Notes: generated by a model not told the origin, from the sequence alone. Positions 19,563 through 29,678 are shown, numbered from the stretch's first letter. The stretch is 63,733 bases of DNA from Chloroflexota bacterium (GCA_021813655.1 JAKAJU010000172.1:1-63733), one strand, 5' to 3'. Made by a program: numbers and translations.

Positions 19563-20168
19563 TCAGGTCGGGCGGTCCTCCGCGAACTCGGTCGTCGCGA
19601 AGACCCGGATGCTCGTACCGGGGTGGCGCCAGGCGCTCGCGGGGAGGCCGGCCTTCCGGCACACCGCGTCGAGCGTCTCGCGTGCGTCCCAGCCGAGCGG
19701 CGGGCCCACGTTGGGAAGGAGGAGCGCGCGCAGCCCGTCGCGGCTGACGATGACGCCGTGGTGGACGGGGTCGAAGGCGGCGGGATCAGGGAGGTCGACC
19801 GCATCGCCGAGCACGTTCACGTCGATGACGAGCGAAGAGACCTCCGCGGGCGCGACCGGGTAGAACCGCGGGTCGCCCACCGCCGCGCCGCGCGCCGCCG
19901 TGCGCACGTTCTCCCAGGTGGGCTGCGTGTCGTCGAGGTGCCCGATGCAGCCGCGCAGCTCGCCCTCCCTGTCACGGAGCGTGACGAATGCGGCGCGCGG
20001 CGCGCGAAGGCCCGGCGTGATGGCCTCCTCGGGAAGGTCGGGGGCGGGCAGCCTGGCCGCCGCCGCCGCCACGCACGCGCGGGCGAGGTCGAGGAGGAGC
20101 GTGCGCTCCTCCGGCGTCAGGTCCGGCGGGGTGCCGACGGTCGGCGCGGACGATGCGGGACGATCCAT
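19563..20168 (-). CDS. AMMECR1 domain protein
   Basis: AAFVTLRDREGELRGCIGHL, HGVIVSRDG and ALLLPNV motifs. In-frame ATG at 20168. Confidence 0.8.
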   Translation of the reverse strand: MDRPASSAPTVGTPPDLTPEERTLLLDLARACVAAAAARLPAPDLPEEAITPGLRAPRAAFVTLRDREGELRGCIGHLDDTQPTWENVRTAARGAAVGDPRFYPVAPAEVSSLVIDVNVLGDAVDLPDPAAFDPVHHGVIVSRDGLRALLLPNVGPPLGWDARETLDAVCRKAGLPASAWRHPGTSIRVFATTEFAEDRPT

Positions 20169-20330
20169 CGGGGCGAGGGTGGACCGCGCACTCGGTGACC
20201 GCCAGTGCGGTTCGGACCGATGTGGCCAGGCGGCAGCCGCGCGATGAGCTCGGCCGAGAACCGCCGGCACCGCGCCGACGTATCACGCCGTACGCACGTG
20301 CCGGACGAGACGGCGCCGCGACCGCGAGGG

Positions 20331-21242
20331 ATGACGATGGACACGACCCGCCGAGCCCCCCGACCCACCCCGATCCCGGGCCGGGATCGCCCGAGCCGCG
20401 CGCCCGCGGCCGCCGCAGCATTGCTCGCCGTCGCGGCGCTCGTGCTCGTCGCGGTCGCGCCCGCGTCCTCGGCCGTCGTGGACCGCACCTGGCGCGCATC
20501 GGTCGGCGCACGCGGCGCCTACGGCTCAGTCACGGTCGTGGCCCTCGCGTCGGGCACCGGGACCGTCACGCTGCGCCTTCGGTCGCTGCCGAAGAGCGCC
20601 ATGACATCCGTCACGCTCCGGGCGGGCACCTGCGCGAAGCCCGGGAGCGTCGCGGCGGCGCTGGCCGCCATCCGCTCGACGCGCGCTGGGGTCCTCACGC
20701 GATCCGTCGCGCTCACGCGCACGGCGACATCGCGGCTGAAGGGCGCCCGGACCGCCATCGTGCAGATCCGGGCGTCCGGTCTGTCCCGTTGCGCATCCCT
20801 GGCGCTCGCGTCCTCCGCCACGCCGTCCCCGGCCGCCGGGATCGTGATGGACGCGCGGGACTTCGCGTTCTCGCCAGGGACGCTCACGGCGGCGGCAGGG
20901 AAGCCGATCGTCATCTCGTTCCGCAACGACGACGCCGGGGTCCCGCACGGCATGAACGTGGGCACGAGCCGATCGCTCGCGCCGATCGCGGCCTCCGCGG
21001 TCATCACGGGGGTCTCACGGACGACCTTCACGATCCCCGCGCTGGCCGACGGGACCTACACGATCTGGTGCCCGATCCACGCCTCGATGTCCGCGACCCT
21101 CATCGTGGGCAGCGGCGCCGCCTCGGCGAGCGCGACCCCGACCGCCACGGTCGCTGCCACCGAGACGCCCGAACCGACGATGCCGACCGCACCGCCGCCG
21201 CCCCCGACCTACGAGCCGCCGCCGTCGTACTACCCCTACTGA
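20331..21242 (+). CDS. secreted cupredoxin-domain protein (type-1 copper ligand pattern) with Pro-rich tail
   Basis: Signal/TM segment AAAALLAVAALVLVAVA. VPHGMNV...TIWCPIHASM gives a His...Cys-x2-His-x2-Met pattern. The C-terminus is PPPPPTYEPPPSYYPY. Confidence 0.7.
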   Translation: MTMDTTRRAPRPTPIPGRDRPSRAPAAAAALLAVAALVLVAVAPASSAVVDRTWRASVGARGAYGSVTVVALASGTGTVTLRLRSLPKSAMTSVTLRAGTCAKPGSVAAALAAIRSTRAGVLTRSVALTRTATSRLKGARTAIVQIRASGLSRCASLALASSATPSPAAGIVMDARDFAFSPGTLTAAAGKPIVISFRNDDAGVPHGMNVGTSRSLAPIAASAVITGVSRTTFTIPALADGTYTIWCPIHASMSATLIVGSGAASASATPTATVAATETPEPTMPTAPPPPPTYEPPPSYYPY

Positions 21243-21313
21243 GCCAGCCGGGCCGGCTCCCCTCCCCAGCCGGCCCAGGGAGGCGTCCACGCTCCGGCGG
21301 GACCGCCCGACGG

Positions 21314-22666
21314 TCAGTAGGCCTCCAGGTAGCGGTCGATCTCCCACTGCGTGACCTGCGTCCTGTAGCCGTCCCATTCCGCCCGCTTCGCCTCCACGAA
21401 GTGGCTCAGGACGTGCTCGCCGAGGGCTTCGGAGATGACCTTGTCGCGCTCGAGCTCGTCGATCGCCTCCCCGAGCGTGCCCGGGAGCTCCCTGATCCCC
21501 TTCTCGGCGACGCGGCTCGCGTCCATCTCGAAGAGGCTCTCCTCGACCGGGTCGGCGAGCTTGAGCCCCCGCTCGACGCCGTCGAGGCCGGCCGCGATCA
21601 TCACCGCGAAGGCCAGGTAGGTGTTCGACGACGGGTCCGGGCACCGGAGCTCCGCGCGCGTCCCTTCGATGCTCTTGCCGGGCGAGATCATCGGGACCCG
21701 GATGAGGGCCGAGCGGTTCGTGCGCCCCCACGTGATGTACGTCGGGGCCTCGTAGCCGGGGACGAGGCGCTTGTACGAGTTCACGGTCGGCGCGAGCACC
21801 GCGATCATCCCCTTCGCGTGGGCGAGGATCCCGGCCATGTAGCTGCGCGCCACCTCGGAGAGCCCGTACTTGGCCTTGGGATCGGCGAACGCGTTCCTCT
21901 TCGCCTTCATCGACCAGAGGCTCTGGTGCGTGTGCATGCCGGAGCCGTTGATGCCGTAGATGGGCTTGGGCATGAAGGTCGCGTAGAGGCCGTGCTGCTG
22001 GGCGATCGCCTTCAGGGCGAACTTGAAGGTCACGGCGTTGTCGGCGGTCGTCAGCGCGTCCGAGTACTCGAAGTCGATCTCGTGCTGGCCGGCGGCGACC
22101 TCGTGGTGCGCGGCCTCGACCTTGATCCCGAACGCCTCGAGCGCGTCCACCATGTCCTGGCGGACCTCCTGCGCGAGATCGGTCGAGAAGTCGAAATAGC
22201 CGGCGAGATCGTGAGGGAGCGGAGCCACTCGACCCTCCTCGTCGCGGCGGAAGAGGAAGAACTCGAGCTCGGGGCCCATGTTCACGATGTAGCCGAGCTT
22301 CCGCGCACGCTCGACCTGGCGGCGGAGGACGTGGCGCGGGTCGCCCACGAACGGCTGGCCGCTCGGCGTGAAGACATCGCAGATCACGCGGGCAGTGCCG
22401 CGGCCGTCGGAGGCCGTCTGCCACGGGATCTCGGCGAACGTGCCCATGTCCGGCATGAGGTACTGGTCGGACTCGGCGATGCGCGTGAAGCCCTCGATCG
22501 ACGATCCGTCGAACCAGGTGCCGTGGGTGACGGCATCCTCGAGCCGGTGGATGGGGATCGTGACGGCCTTCACGATGCCGAGGATGTCCGTGAACTGGAG
22601 CTGGATGAAGCGGATCCCGCCAGCCCTCGCCGCCTCGATCTTCTCGAGCGCGCCCGTCTCCGTCAT
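21314..22666 (-). CDS. glnA: type I glutamine synthetase
   Basis: IRFIQLQFTDILG, FDGSSIEGF and MHTHQS motifs. ATG 22666 lies 7 nt after GGAGGAGG. Confidence 0.95.
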   Translation of the reverse strand: MTETGALEKIEAARAGGIRFIQLQFTDILGIVKAVTIPIHRLEDAVTHGTWFDGSSIEGFTRIAESDQYLMPDMGTFAEIPWQTASDGRGTARVICDVFTPSGQPFVGDPRHVLRRQVERARKLGYIVNMGPELEFFLFRRDEEGRVAPLPHDLAGYFDFSTDLAQEVRQDMVDALEAFGIKVEAAHHEVAAGQHEIDFEYSDALTTADNAVTFKFALKAIAQQHGLYATFMPKPIYGINGSGMHTHQSLWSMKAKRNAFADPKAKYGLSEVARSYMAGILAHAKGMIAVLAPTVNSYKRLVPGYEAPTYITWGRTNRSALIRVPMISPGKSIEGTRAELRCPDPSSNTYLAFAVMIAAGLDGVERGLKLADPVEESLFEMDASRVAEKGIRELPGTLGEAIDELERDKVISEALGEHVLSHFVEAKRAEWDGYRTQVTQWEIDRYLEAY

Positions 22667-22717
22667 CGATGCGCCTCCTCCATCGCCTCGCCGTGGCCGC
22701 CGCGCCATGCCCCGTGT

Positions 22718-22732
22718 CGTGCGTGACGCACG
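22718..22732. promoter_or_regulatory. perfect 7-1-7 palindrome upstream of glnA
   Basis: cgtgcgt-g-acgcacg lies about 55 nt upstream of the glnA ATG. The adjacent GTGAC-n6-GAAGG loosely resembles actinobacterial GlnR boxes (gTnAc-n6-GaAAc). Confidence 0.2.
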
Positions 22733-22807
22733 GGAAGGGGCCGATCCGTCGTCGGGATGGTCGAAGGATACCGCCGCCCGAGGAAACGCCGGCAGGGCGG
22801 GTCGTGC

Positions 22808-24439
22808 TCAGTCCTGTGCGCTTTGCACAAGGCGAACCGCGACCGCGAGAGCGATGCGCAGGTCGGGGTCGGACAGATCCCAGTCCCCGAGCTGCTCGAG
22901 GCGGTGGATCCGGTAGGCGACCGTGTTGCGGTGAACGCCGAGGGCCTGCGCGGCCTCGATCGGTCCGGCGGCATCGAGGACCGCACGGAGGGTGGCGAGG
23001 CGGCCGGCGACCGTCGCGGGCCGGCCGGCGAGGATGGGCGCCAGCAGCGCCCGGGAGAGCCGCTCCACGTCGGGGATGTCGTGCAGCCCGCCGAGGATCC
23101 GATATGCCGGCAGGCGATCGGCGCGCACGACTCTCGGCCCGTCCATCGTCACCTCCGCTGCCTCGAGCGTCGCCCGTGCCTCAGCCTCGGCCTGCGGCCG
23201 GTCACCGGCGCCGTGGAAGGGACGCGAGACGGCGACGGGGCGCCGGATGAGGCGCGCAACGCTGCCCGCCGTGGCGAGACCGCCGGGATCGGCCGCGTCG
23301 GCGACGGCCACGAGCCGGAACTCGAGGCTCTCGGCACTCCCCCGGAGTGCGAGACGGCGCGGCGGTGCGAGGAGACGGATCTCGGCGCGCAGCGCCTCGC
23401 GACGTTCGGAGATCGACGCGTCCGGCCGGTCTGGCTCGCTCCGGCGCCGAGATCCGTGCGACGGCGGCTGAGCCGGCCGGCGACGGCCTCCGGGGCTCGC
23501 CGCCGCGTCAGTCGCGGGCGGCGCGCCGGGTCGGTCCGATGCGACGTCGTCGACCTGCCGCGCGACGAGGACGACCCACGGGGGCCCGTCCGCGGGGAGG
23601 GCGCCGCCGCGACGTGCCTCCTCCCGCGCGCGCTCCATCGCGACGTCGCGGCCGAGCTCGAGCGCGAGGAGCGCGGCCACGCGCTCGCACGCGAGCCGCT
23701 CACCCTCCGTCGGGGGCTCGTCGCCGAGCAGGAGGAGCGCACCCGGTGAGGGAGCGGGGATCGCCGTGGCGTCCGCGGCCGCCTGCTCGGGGAGCGCGGG
23801 CGCCGGGAGCGGCACCCGGAGCGCGACGCCGGTGCGAGCGGCCAGGTACCGCCGGGCCGCGTCCGCGGCCGCCGGCGGACTCTCCGGCGCGTGGAGGGAG
23901 AGCGCGTGGCCGCGCCTGCCCTCGAGGGCCACGGCGCGCCCGAGGAACCCGCCGATCGCGGCGAGGAACGCCGACGGATCGCCGCTCGCGAGCGCGATCG
24001 CCTCGAGCCGCCGCTCCAGCTCCTCGGCCCGTCCCTCGATCGCCGCGCGCCGATTGACGAGCCACGCGATGACCGTGCGCTCCACGGCCACCGGGTCGGC
24101 GCCGGGGATCTCGAGCACCGGGATCCCGGCCCGCCCGAGGCCAGCGACGAGGTCCGGTGCGCCGCCTCCGCCGTCCGCGGGAAGGACGAGCGCGCCGGCC
24201 GCGCCGCCGTCCACGAGCGCCGCGATCAGGGCGTCGACCTGGTCGGGTCCGGGCGCGACGACGTCGAGGGCGCGCTCCGGGACCAGGACGAGATCGCCCG
24301 GATCGAGAGCGTCGAGGGCCGGGACGCGCGCACGGACGAGGCGGACCCACCCGACCTCGCGTTCGAGCGCCGCCGCGTCGCCCGCGGCGAGGGTCGCGGT
24401 CGGAAGGACGTCGGAGATGAGGCTGGCGAGCGTGGCCAT
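22808..24439 (-). CDS. PucR family transcriptional regulator
   Basis: The C-terminal HTH is AAQALGVHRNTVAYRIHRLEQL. The N-terminus has a purine-catabolism PurC-like domain. Confidence 0.85.
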   Translation of the reverse strand: MATLASLISDVLPTATLAAGDAAALEREVGWVRLVRARVPALDALDPGDLVLVPERALDVVAPGPDQVDALIAALVDGGAAGALVLPADGGGGAPDLVAGLGRAGIPVLEIPGADPVAVERTVIAWLVNRRAAIEGRAEELERRLEAIALASGDPSAFLAAIGGFLGRAVALEGRRGHALSLHAPESPPAAADAARRYLAARTGVALRVPLPAPALPEQAAADATAIPAPSPGALLLLGDEPPTEGERLACERVAALLALELGRDVAMERAREEARRGGALPADGPPWVVLVARQVDDVASDRPGAPPATDAAASPGGRRRPAQPPSHGSRRRSEPDRPDASISERREALRAEIRLLAPPRRLALRGSAESLEFRLVAVADAADPGGLATAGSVARLIRRPVAVSRPFHGAGDRPQAEAEARATLEAAEVTMDGPRVVRADRLPAYRILGGLHDIPDVERLSRALLAPILAGRPATVAGRLATLRAVLDAAGPIEAAQALGVHRNTVAYRIHRLEQLGDWDLSDPDLRIALAVAVRLVQSAQD

Positions 24440-24448
24440 CGGACGCCC

Positions 24449-26002
24449 CTATCCTGCCGCAGACCCGGATGGCGATCCCGGGGAAGCCGCACGCATCTCG
24501 GCGGCAGCGGCCGCGGCGGCGGCGGGCTCGGCCACAGCGGCGGCCGCGGTCGCGGTGGCCGCGGGTCGCGGGCCAGGGTCGACCCGGATCGCGACGAGGT
24601 CCGTCAGGAGGCCGCCGAGCTCGCGCCTCACGGGGACGTAGCGATCGGACGCCCACGCGAGGCGCAGCTCGCCCGCCCGGTCGACGCGCAACCAGACCCG
24701 GCGACGCGGAAGGTAGAACGTGAGGACGAGGCCCACGATGAGGAGGCCGAACGCGAGCCAGACGAGGCCGAGGCCCGGGTCGCGCTTGGCGACGATGCCC
24801 GTGTACGCGCCGACGGACCGTAGCTCGATCGTGAAGTCGGCCGCGGAGGGCGCGAGCGTCCCACCGGGCTCCACGCCCCCGACGAAGAGCGCGTCGAAGT
24901 GGGGCGAGCCGTCCGGGTCCGTCCCCGTCCTCTGCGAACCGACGATGGCGACGAGCGCCGGTGCGCCCGCCTTCCGATCGAGCAGCAGCTCGAGGCCCAC
25001 GTCGCGCCCGGGCACGGAGAGCCGCCCGTATGGTCGGTCGGCGCTCACCGCGTCGAGCGGGACCCACCCGTCCCACAGGACGCCCCCGTCCGTCGCTCGG
25101 ATCGCGAGATCGACCGCCGGCCCGAAGAAGTTCTGGTGGAACGAGTAGCCGGCCACGTCCAGCGGGTCGTTCACGCGGATCACCTTCCGCGCGATGAGCG
25201 CTCCGTCCCGGTAGACCGCGAGGTCGGTGGAGAAGTCGGCGAACCGCCCGTCCGGGAGACGCGGGGCCGCGAAGCCCTCGTTCTTGAGGACGATGTTGCC
25301 GGGGGTGCCGAGGCGCTCGACCGGCACCGCCTCGCCCTGGGCGATGAGGAGCCCTTCCTCGAACCCGAAGCGGCCCGAGACCGCTGCGGCGACGAGGAAG
25401 AGGACGAGCCCGGCGTGCGTGAGGAGCGTGGCGAGCTTCGGGAGGCGGTTGCGGTCACCGTAGAGGTAGGTGACGCCGTCGACGACGGCGGAACGGACGT
25501 GGAACCGGCGGCGGCGCAGGACGCCGGCCGCGTCCTCCGCCGAGACGCCCGTCATGGCCGCACGCTCGGGCAGCGACGGATCGTAGAAAGGCTCGGGCTG
25601 GACGACGCGGATCTCGCTCGCCTGGCGCCAGAGCCGCGGGAGACGGTCGAGCGTGCACACGACGATCGATGCCGCGAGGAGGACGAGGAGCGCGGTGAAC
25701 CACCACGTCGTGAAGACCGCGAACAGGCCGAGGCGCTCCATGAGATCCACCAGGGGCCGCCCGAGCACGGGCTCGTACCGCTCGCGCAGGAGGCCCATCT
25801 GCGCGGCGTAGTCGGCGTCCGTGCGGAACGCGAACCCCGGCAGCTGGCGAACGGTCATGCCGACGACGGCGATGATCGCGATGACGACGATCTGGGCGAC
25901 CGCGAAGCGGACCGACGTGAGGAGCCCGCGAGCAGCGCGGAACGGCGCGGCGAATGGGCAGGCAGGAGCCGCGCCGCGGGCGATCCGGCGGCCGACGCTC
26001 AC
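24449..26002 (-). CDS. resB: cytochrome c biogenesis protein ResB/Ccs1
   Basis: SVRFAVAQIVVIAIIAVVGMTV and FTTWWFTALLVLLAASIVVCTLDRLPRLW match the N-terminal ResB pattern. A large soluble domain and a C-terminal TM segment follow. Confidence 0.8.
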   Translation of the reverse strand: MSVGRRIARGAAPACPFAAPFRAARGLLTSVRFAVAQIVVIAIIAVVGMTVRQLPGFAFRTDADYAAQMGLLRERYEPVLGRPLVDLMERLGLFAVFTTWWFTALLVLLAASIVVCTLDRLPRLWRQASEIRVVQPEPFYDPSLPERAAMTGVSAEDAAGVLRRRRFHVRSAVVDGVTYLYGDRNRLPKLATLLTHAGLVLFLVAAAVSGRFGFEEGLLIAQGEAVPVERLGTPGNIVLKNEGFAAPRLPDGRFADFSTDLAVYRDGALIARKVIRVNDPLDVAGYSFHQNFFGPAVDLAIRATDGGVLWDGWVPLDAVSADRPYGRLSVPGRDVGLELLLDRKAGAPALVAIVGSQRTGTDPDGSPHFDALFVGGVEPGGTLAPSAADFTIELRSVGAYTGIVAKRDPGLGLVWLAFGLLIVGLVLTFYLPRRRVWLRVDRAGELRLAWASDRYVPVRRELGGLLTDLVAIRVDPGPRPAATATAAAAVAEPAAAAAAAAEMRAASPGSPSGSAAG

Positions 26003-27249
26003 GCCGGCGATGGCGGAGCCTCCGGCCCGTCCGACGAGGCGCCCGCCCCGGAGCCCGCGGCGCGGCTCGCGGCCTCGAGCGCGGACGCGAAGTCCGCCCG
26101 GAGATCGTCGGCGTCCTCGAGCCCCACCGAGACGCGGAGGAGGCCCGGCCCGATCCCCGCCGCGGCGAGCTGGGCGGCGTCGAGCTGGCGGTGCGTCGTG
26201 GAGGCGGCGTGGGCGACGATCGTGTGGATGCTGCCGAGCGATGCCGTCCGCTCCGGGACCGTGAGGGCGTCCACGAACGCCGCGCCCGCGCGCCGGCCAC
26301 CGTCGAGCTCGACCGCGAGCATCGCGCCGGGGATGCGGAGCATCCTGGCCGCGAGGTCGTGCTGGGGGTGGCTCGCGAGGCCCGGATAGTAGACGCGAGC
26401 GACGCCGGGCCGCCCCTCGAGCATCGTCGCGAGCGCCGTCGCGGTCTCGGTCTGGCGCTCCATGCGCACGGCGAGGGTCGGGAGCCCCCGGATGACGAGG
26501 AAGGCCGCGAGCGGCGCGAGCGTCGCTCCCGTGTCCACCTGGACCTTGCGGACCGGATCGACGAGCGCGGCCGACCCGGCGACCACCCCGGCGAGGACGT
26601 CGCTGTGGCCGGAGAGGTACTTGGTCGCGGAGTGGACGACCAGGTCGGCACCCAGATCGAGCGGCCGGACGAGGTACGGCGAGGCGAACGTGGAGTCCAC
26701 GACGACGCGCGCCCCGTGACGGCGGGCGATCGCCGCGAGGGCCGCGATGTCGGCGACGACGATCGTCGGGTTGCTGATCGTCTCGAGGTAGAGGACGCGG
26801 GTCGGCGCGGCCGCGAGGGCCCGCTCGACCGCGTCGAGGTCCGTGACGTCCACGAAGTCGGTCCGGACGCCGAGGCGACCGAAGGTCCTCACGAGGAGGC
26901 TCTGGGTGGAGCCGTAGATGGCCCGCGTCGCGACGATCCGGTCGCCCGCCGAGACGAGCGAGAGGAGGGCGGCGTGGATCGCGGCCATCCCGGACGCCAG
27001 GGCGAAGCCCGCCTCGGCCCCCTCCAGCTCCGCGACCGCATCGCCGAGCGCGTCGACGGTGGGGTTGGCGAGCCGCGAGTACCCGTAGCCGGCGTAGCCG
27101 CCGGGCCGCTCTGCGACGGCCTCGGCGAGGCCCTCGACGGAGTCCGCGGAGAAGGTCGCGGTCTGGTAGATGGGGATGGACGTGGGGCGCTCGCGGACGT
27201 CGGGCGTGCGCGATGCCGCGCGGATCGCGCGCGTGGTGAATCCGGCCAT
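25999..27249 (-). CDS. Cys/Met-metabolism PLP-dependent enzyme (cystathionine gamma-synthase / O-acylhomoserine sulfhydrylase / methionine gamma-lyase family)
   Basis: PIYQTATF, YSRLANPT and SATKYLSGHSD (PLP Lys) motifs. In-frame ATG at 27249. Confidence 0.85.
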   Translation of the reverse strand: MAGFTTRAIRAASRTPDVRERPTSIPIYQTATFSADSVEGLAEAVAERPGGYAGYGYSRLANPTVDALGDAVAELEGAEAGFALASGMAAIHAALLSLVSAGDRIVATRAIYGSTQSLLVRTFGRLGVRTDFVDVTDLDAVERALAAAPTRVLYLETISNPTIVVADIAALAAIARRHGARVVVDSTFASPYLVRPLDLGADLVVHSATKYLSGHSDVLAGVVAGSAALVDPVRKVQVDTGATLAPLAAFLVIRGLPTLAVRMERQTETATALATMLEGRPGVARVYYPGLASHPQHDLAARMLRIPGAMLAVELDGGRRAGAAFVDALTVPERTASLGSIHTIVAHAASTTHRQLDAAQLAAAGIGPGLLRVSVGLEDADDLRADFASALEAASRAAGSGAGASSDGPEAPPSPA

Positions 27250-27321
27250 GCGCGGGATGCTACACCGGGTGGTCCTCGGCGCCCTGTCCCTGCTAGGCTC
27301 GCACGACCAACGGGGTGACAC

Positions 27322-27837
27322 GTGGATCCAGGAGGAGCTCAGGGGCGGATGGCGCGGAACGGCGAGTCGCGGTCGGGACGGGCCTCCGACGAGGTCACGG
27401 CGGTCGACAAGCGGATCATCGAGCAGCTCCAGAAGGACGGGCGCAGGTCGTACACGAGCATCGCGAGCGACCTCGGCATCTCCGAGGCCGCGGTCCGGGC
27501 GCGGGTCGGGCGGCTGACGCGGAAGGGCGTGCTCCAGATCGTCGGCGTGACGGACCCCCTGAAGCTCGGCTTCCGCGAGATGGCGATGGTGGCCGTCCGG
27601 TGCGACGGCGAGAGGCTCGTGGAGATCGCGGACGAGATCGCCGCGTTCCCCGAGACCTCGTACCTCGTCATCACCGCGGGGACGTACGACCTGCTCGTCG
27701 AGACCGTCTGCGAGGACAACGAGGCGCTTCTGCGGTTCCTGACGGAGAGGATCAGGCGCGTCCCCGGGGTCCGTGATACCGAGACGTTCGTCTACCTGCG
27801 GATGGTCAAGCAGGCCTTCCAGTGGGGGACGCGGTAA
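27322..27837 (+). CDS. Lrp/AsnC family transcriptional regulator
   Basis: VDKRIIEQLQKDGRRSYTSIASDLGISEAAVRARVGRL is the HTH, followed by an RAM/ACT-like C-terminus. The start could be the Met at 27349. Confidence 0.85.
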   Translation: MDPGGAQGRMARNGESRSGRASDEVTAVDKRIIEQLQKDGRRSYTSIASDLGISEAAVRARVGRLTRKGVLQIVGVTDPLKLGFREMAMVAVRCDGERLVEIADEIAAFPETSYLVITAGTYDLLVETVCEDNEALLRFLTERIRRVPGVRDTETFVYLRMVKQAFQWGTR

Positions 27838-29678
27838 ATCCGAGCCGCGTCCTCGTGGTCGCGCGGTGGTATCCGTCGCACGACGACCCGGGGCGTGGCT
27901 CCTTCGTCGCGGACCACGTCCGCGCGCTCGTGCGGGCGGGCCTCGGGGTCACCGTCGCGTCGTTCGAGCCTGCGATGCTCCGCGGCGAGCCGGCCGACCG
28001 CCCGGCGGTGGGACGGGTCGCGACCGAGAGGTGGCGGACCGCCGTCGCGCGCCCGGATGCGCTGAATCTCGCCGGGCCGGAGGCTCCGGGCGTCCCGGGC
28101 GTCCGCGTGGCCCGCCTGCCGGTCGTGCTCGAGCCCGGGGAGCGCGCCACCGACGTCGAGGTGGACGCGCACGCCGACCCGCTCGTCGCGTTCGGCCTGG
28201 CGCTCGCGGCACGCGAGGGGATCGACCTGGTCCATGCGCACACTGCGGTGCCGGACGGCCTCGCCGCAGCCAGGCTGGCGGACCGCCTCGGGGTCCCCCT
28301 CGTCGTCACCGAGCACGCGTCGCTCGTCCGGGAGCAGCTCGAGGACCCCGCCACCGTCGAGAGCGTGCGTACGCTCGTCCGGCCGGGCCGCCGGCTCGTG
28401 GCGGTCAGCGAGCACCTCGCCCGATTGCTCGAGGAGCGACTCGACGTCCCGACCGGGTCCGTGGGCGTCGTCCCGAACCTCGTGCCGGAGGACCTCTTCG
28501 TCGCGGACGGCACGGCGAACGCCGATGCGGAGCGGGCGACCGCGCGGACGGGCGACCACCCGGTCCTCCTGTGGGTCGGCGCGCGAAAGGCCACGAAGGG
28601 CACGGACACGCTCATCCGCGCGTTCGCGATCGCTCGCCGCGAGCGGCCGGACCTGCGCCTCCGGCTCGTGGGCCACGCGCCCACCGACGACGAGGAGGCT
28701 CGCCTCGTGGCCCTCGCCGGATCGATGGGCGTGGCCGCGGCTGTCGCGTTCGATCCACCCGTGCCCCGGGCCGCCGTCGCGCCGGCCATGCGCCGCGCCG
28801 CGCTGTTCGTCCATCCGAGCCCGTTCGAGACGTTCGGGATGGTCGCGGCCGAGGCGCTCCTCGTGGGCCTTCCCGTCGTGGCCACCCCGTCCGGCGTCGA
28901 GGCGATCGTGGGGACCGACGGAGCGTGCGGCGAGATCGCCGCCTCGTGCGATGCCGAGGATCTCGCGGCGGCGATCCTCCGCGCGCTCGGCCGGCTCGAC
29001 TCCTTCGAGCCCGCGGCACTGCGGTCCCGGGCGCTCGAGCGATCCGGCGAGGGCGCCGTCGTCACGGCGACCGCCGCGGTCTACGCCGCCGCGGCCGACG
29101 AGCTGACGGGGCCGGCCGCGCAGCCTTCGCGCGGCGCGGATGGAGCCGCACCCGCCACGATGCCGGCCCGCGAGGCGCGCCCGCTCGTCATCTGTCTCAA
29201 CCGGACGGTCGCGCTCCGCTCCCTCCCGCGCCTTCCCGCGGGGACTCTCGCGCGCGCGATCGTCGTGACCGGACCGCCGACGCGCCAGGCGCCCGATCCG
29301 GCACCGGCCGGTCAGCGGTGGATCGAGCACGATCCCGCGGGCGCGTACCGCGTGCGGATGGCGGAGCTGACGACGGCCGCGGGGACGGGGACGATGGATC
29401 GGCTCCGCGCGCTGCGGACCTCCGGCGCGCGGCATCGCGAGCGCGAGGCGATGGCGGGCGACAGGGAGGGCTGGATCGCCGCTGCGGGCGCGCGCTCCCT
29501 CGAAGCGGCGCGCGCCGAGGCCGCGGGCCCGGACGGCGAGCAGCCGTTCGTTGTGGCCGTGGAGGCGGCGGACGTCGCGGCCGCGCTGCACCTGCTCGAC
29601 GCGGGCGTCCCGCTCGCGCCCGGGAGCCTCCGCTGGCTCGCGGACCGCGCGAGCGCCCGGCTCCCCGAGCGCTCCTGA
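27822..29678 (+). CDS. GT4-family glycosyltransferase with ~200-aa C-terminal extension of unknown function
   Basis: The GT-B fold pattern includes a C-terminal E-x7-E-like segment (PSPFETFGMVAAEALLVGLPVV). Residues after about 400 have no recognisable domain. The start is approximate. Confidence 0.8.
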   Translation: MGDAVNPSRVLVVARWYPSHDDPGRGSFVADHVRALVRAGLGVTVASFEPAMLRGEPADRPAVGRVATERWRTAVARPDALNLAGPEAPGVPGVRVARLPVVLEPGERATDVEVDAHADPLVAFGLALAAREGIDLVHAHTAVPDGLAAARLADRLGVPLVVTEHASLVREQLEDPATVESVRTLVRPGRRLVAVSEHLARLLEERLDVPTGSVGVVPNLVPEDLFVADGTANADAERATARTGDHPVLLWVGARKATKGTDTLIRAFAIARRERPDLRLRLVGHAPTDDEEARLVALAGSMGVAAAVAFDPPVPRAAVAPAMRRAALFVHPSPFETFGMVAAEALLVGLPVVATPSGVEAIVGTDGACGEIAASCDAEDLAAAILRALGRLDSFEPAALRSRALERSGEGAVVTATAAVYAAAADELTGPAAQPSRGADGAAPATMPAREARPLVICLNRTVALRSLPRLPAGTLARAIVVTGPPTRQAPDPAPAGQRWIEHDPAGAYRVRMAELTTAAGTGTMDRLRALRTSGARHREREAMAGDREGWIAAAGARSLEAARAEAAGPDGEQPFVVAVEAADVAAALHLLDAGVPLAPGSLRWLADRASARLPERS

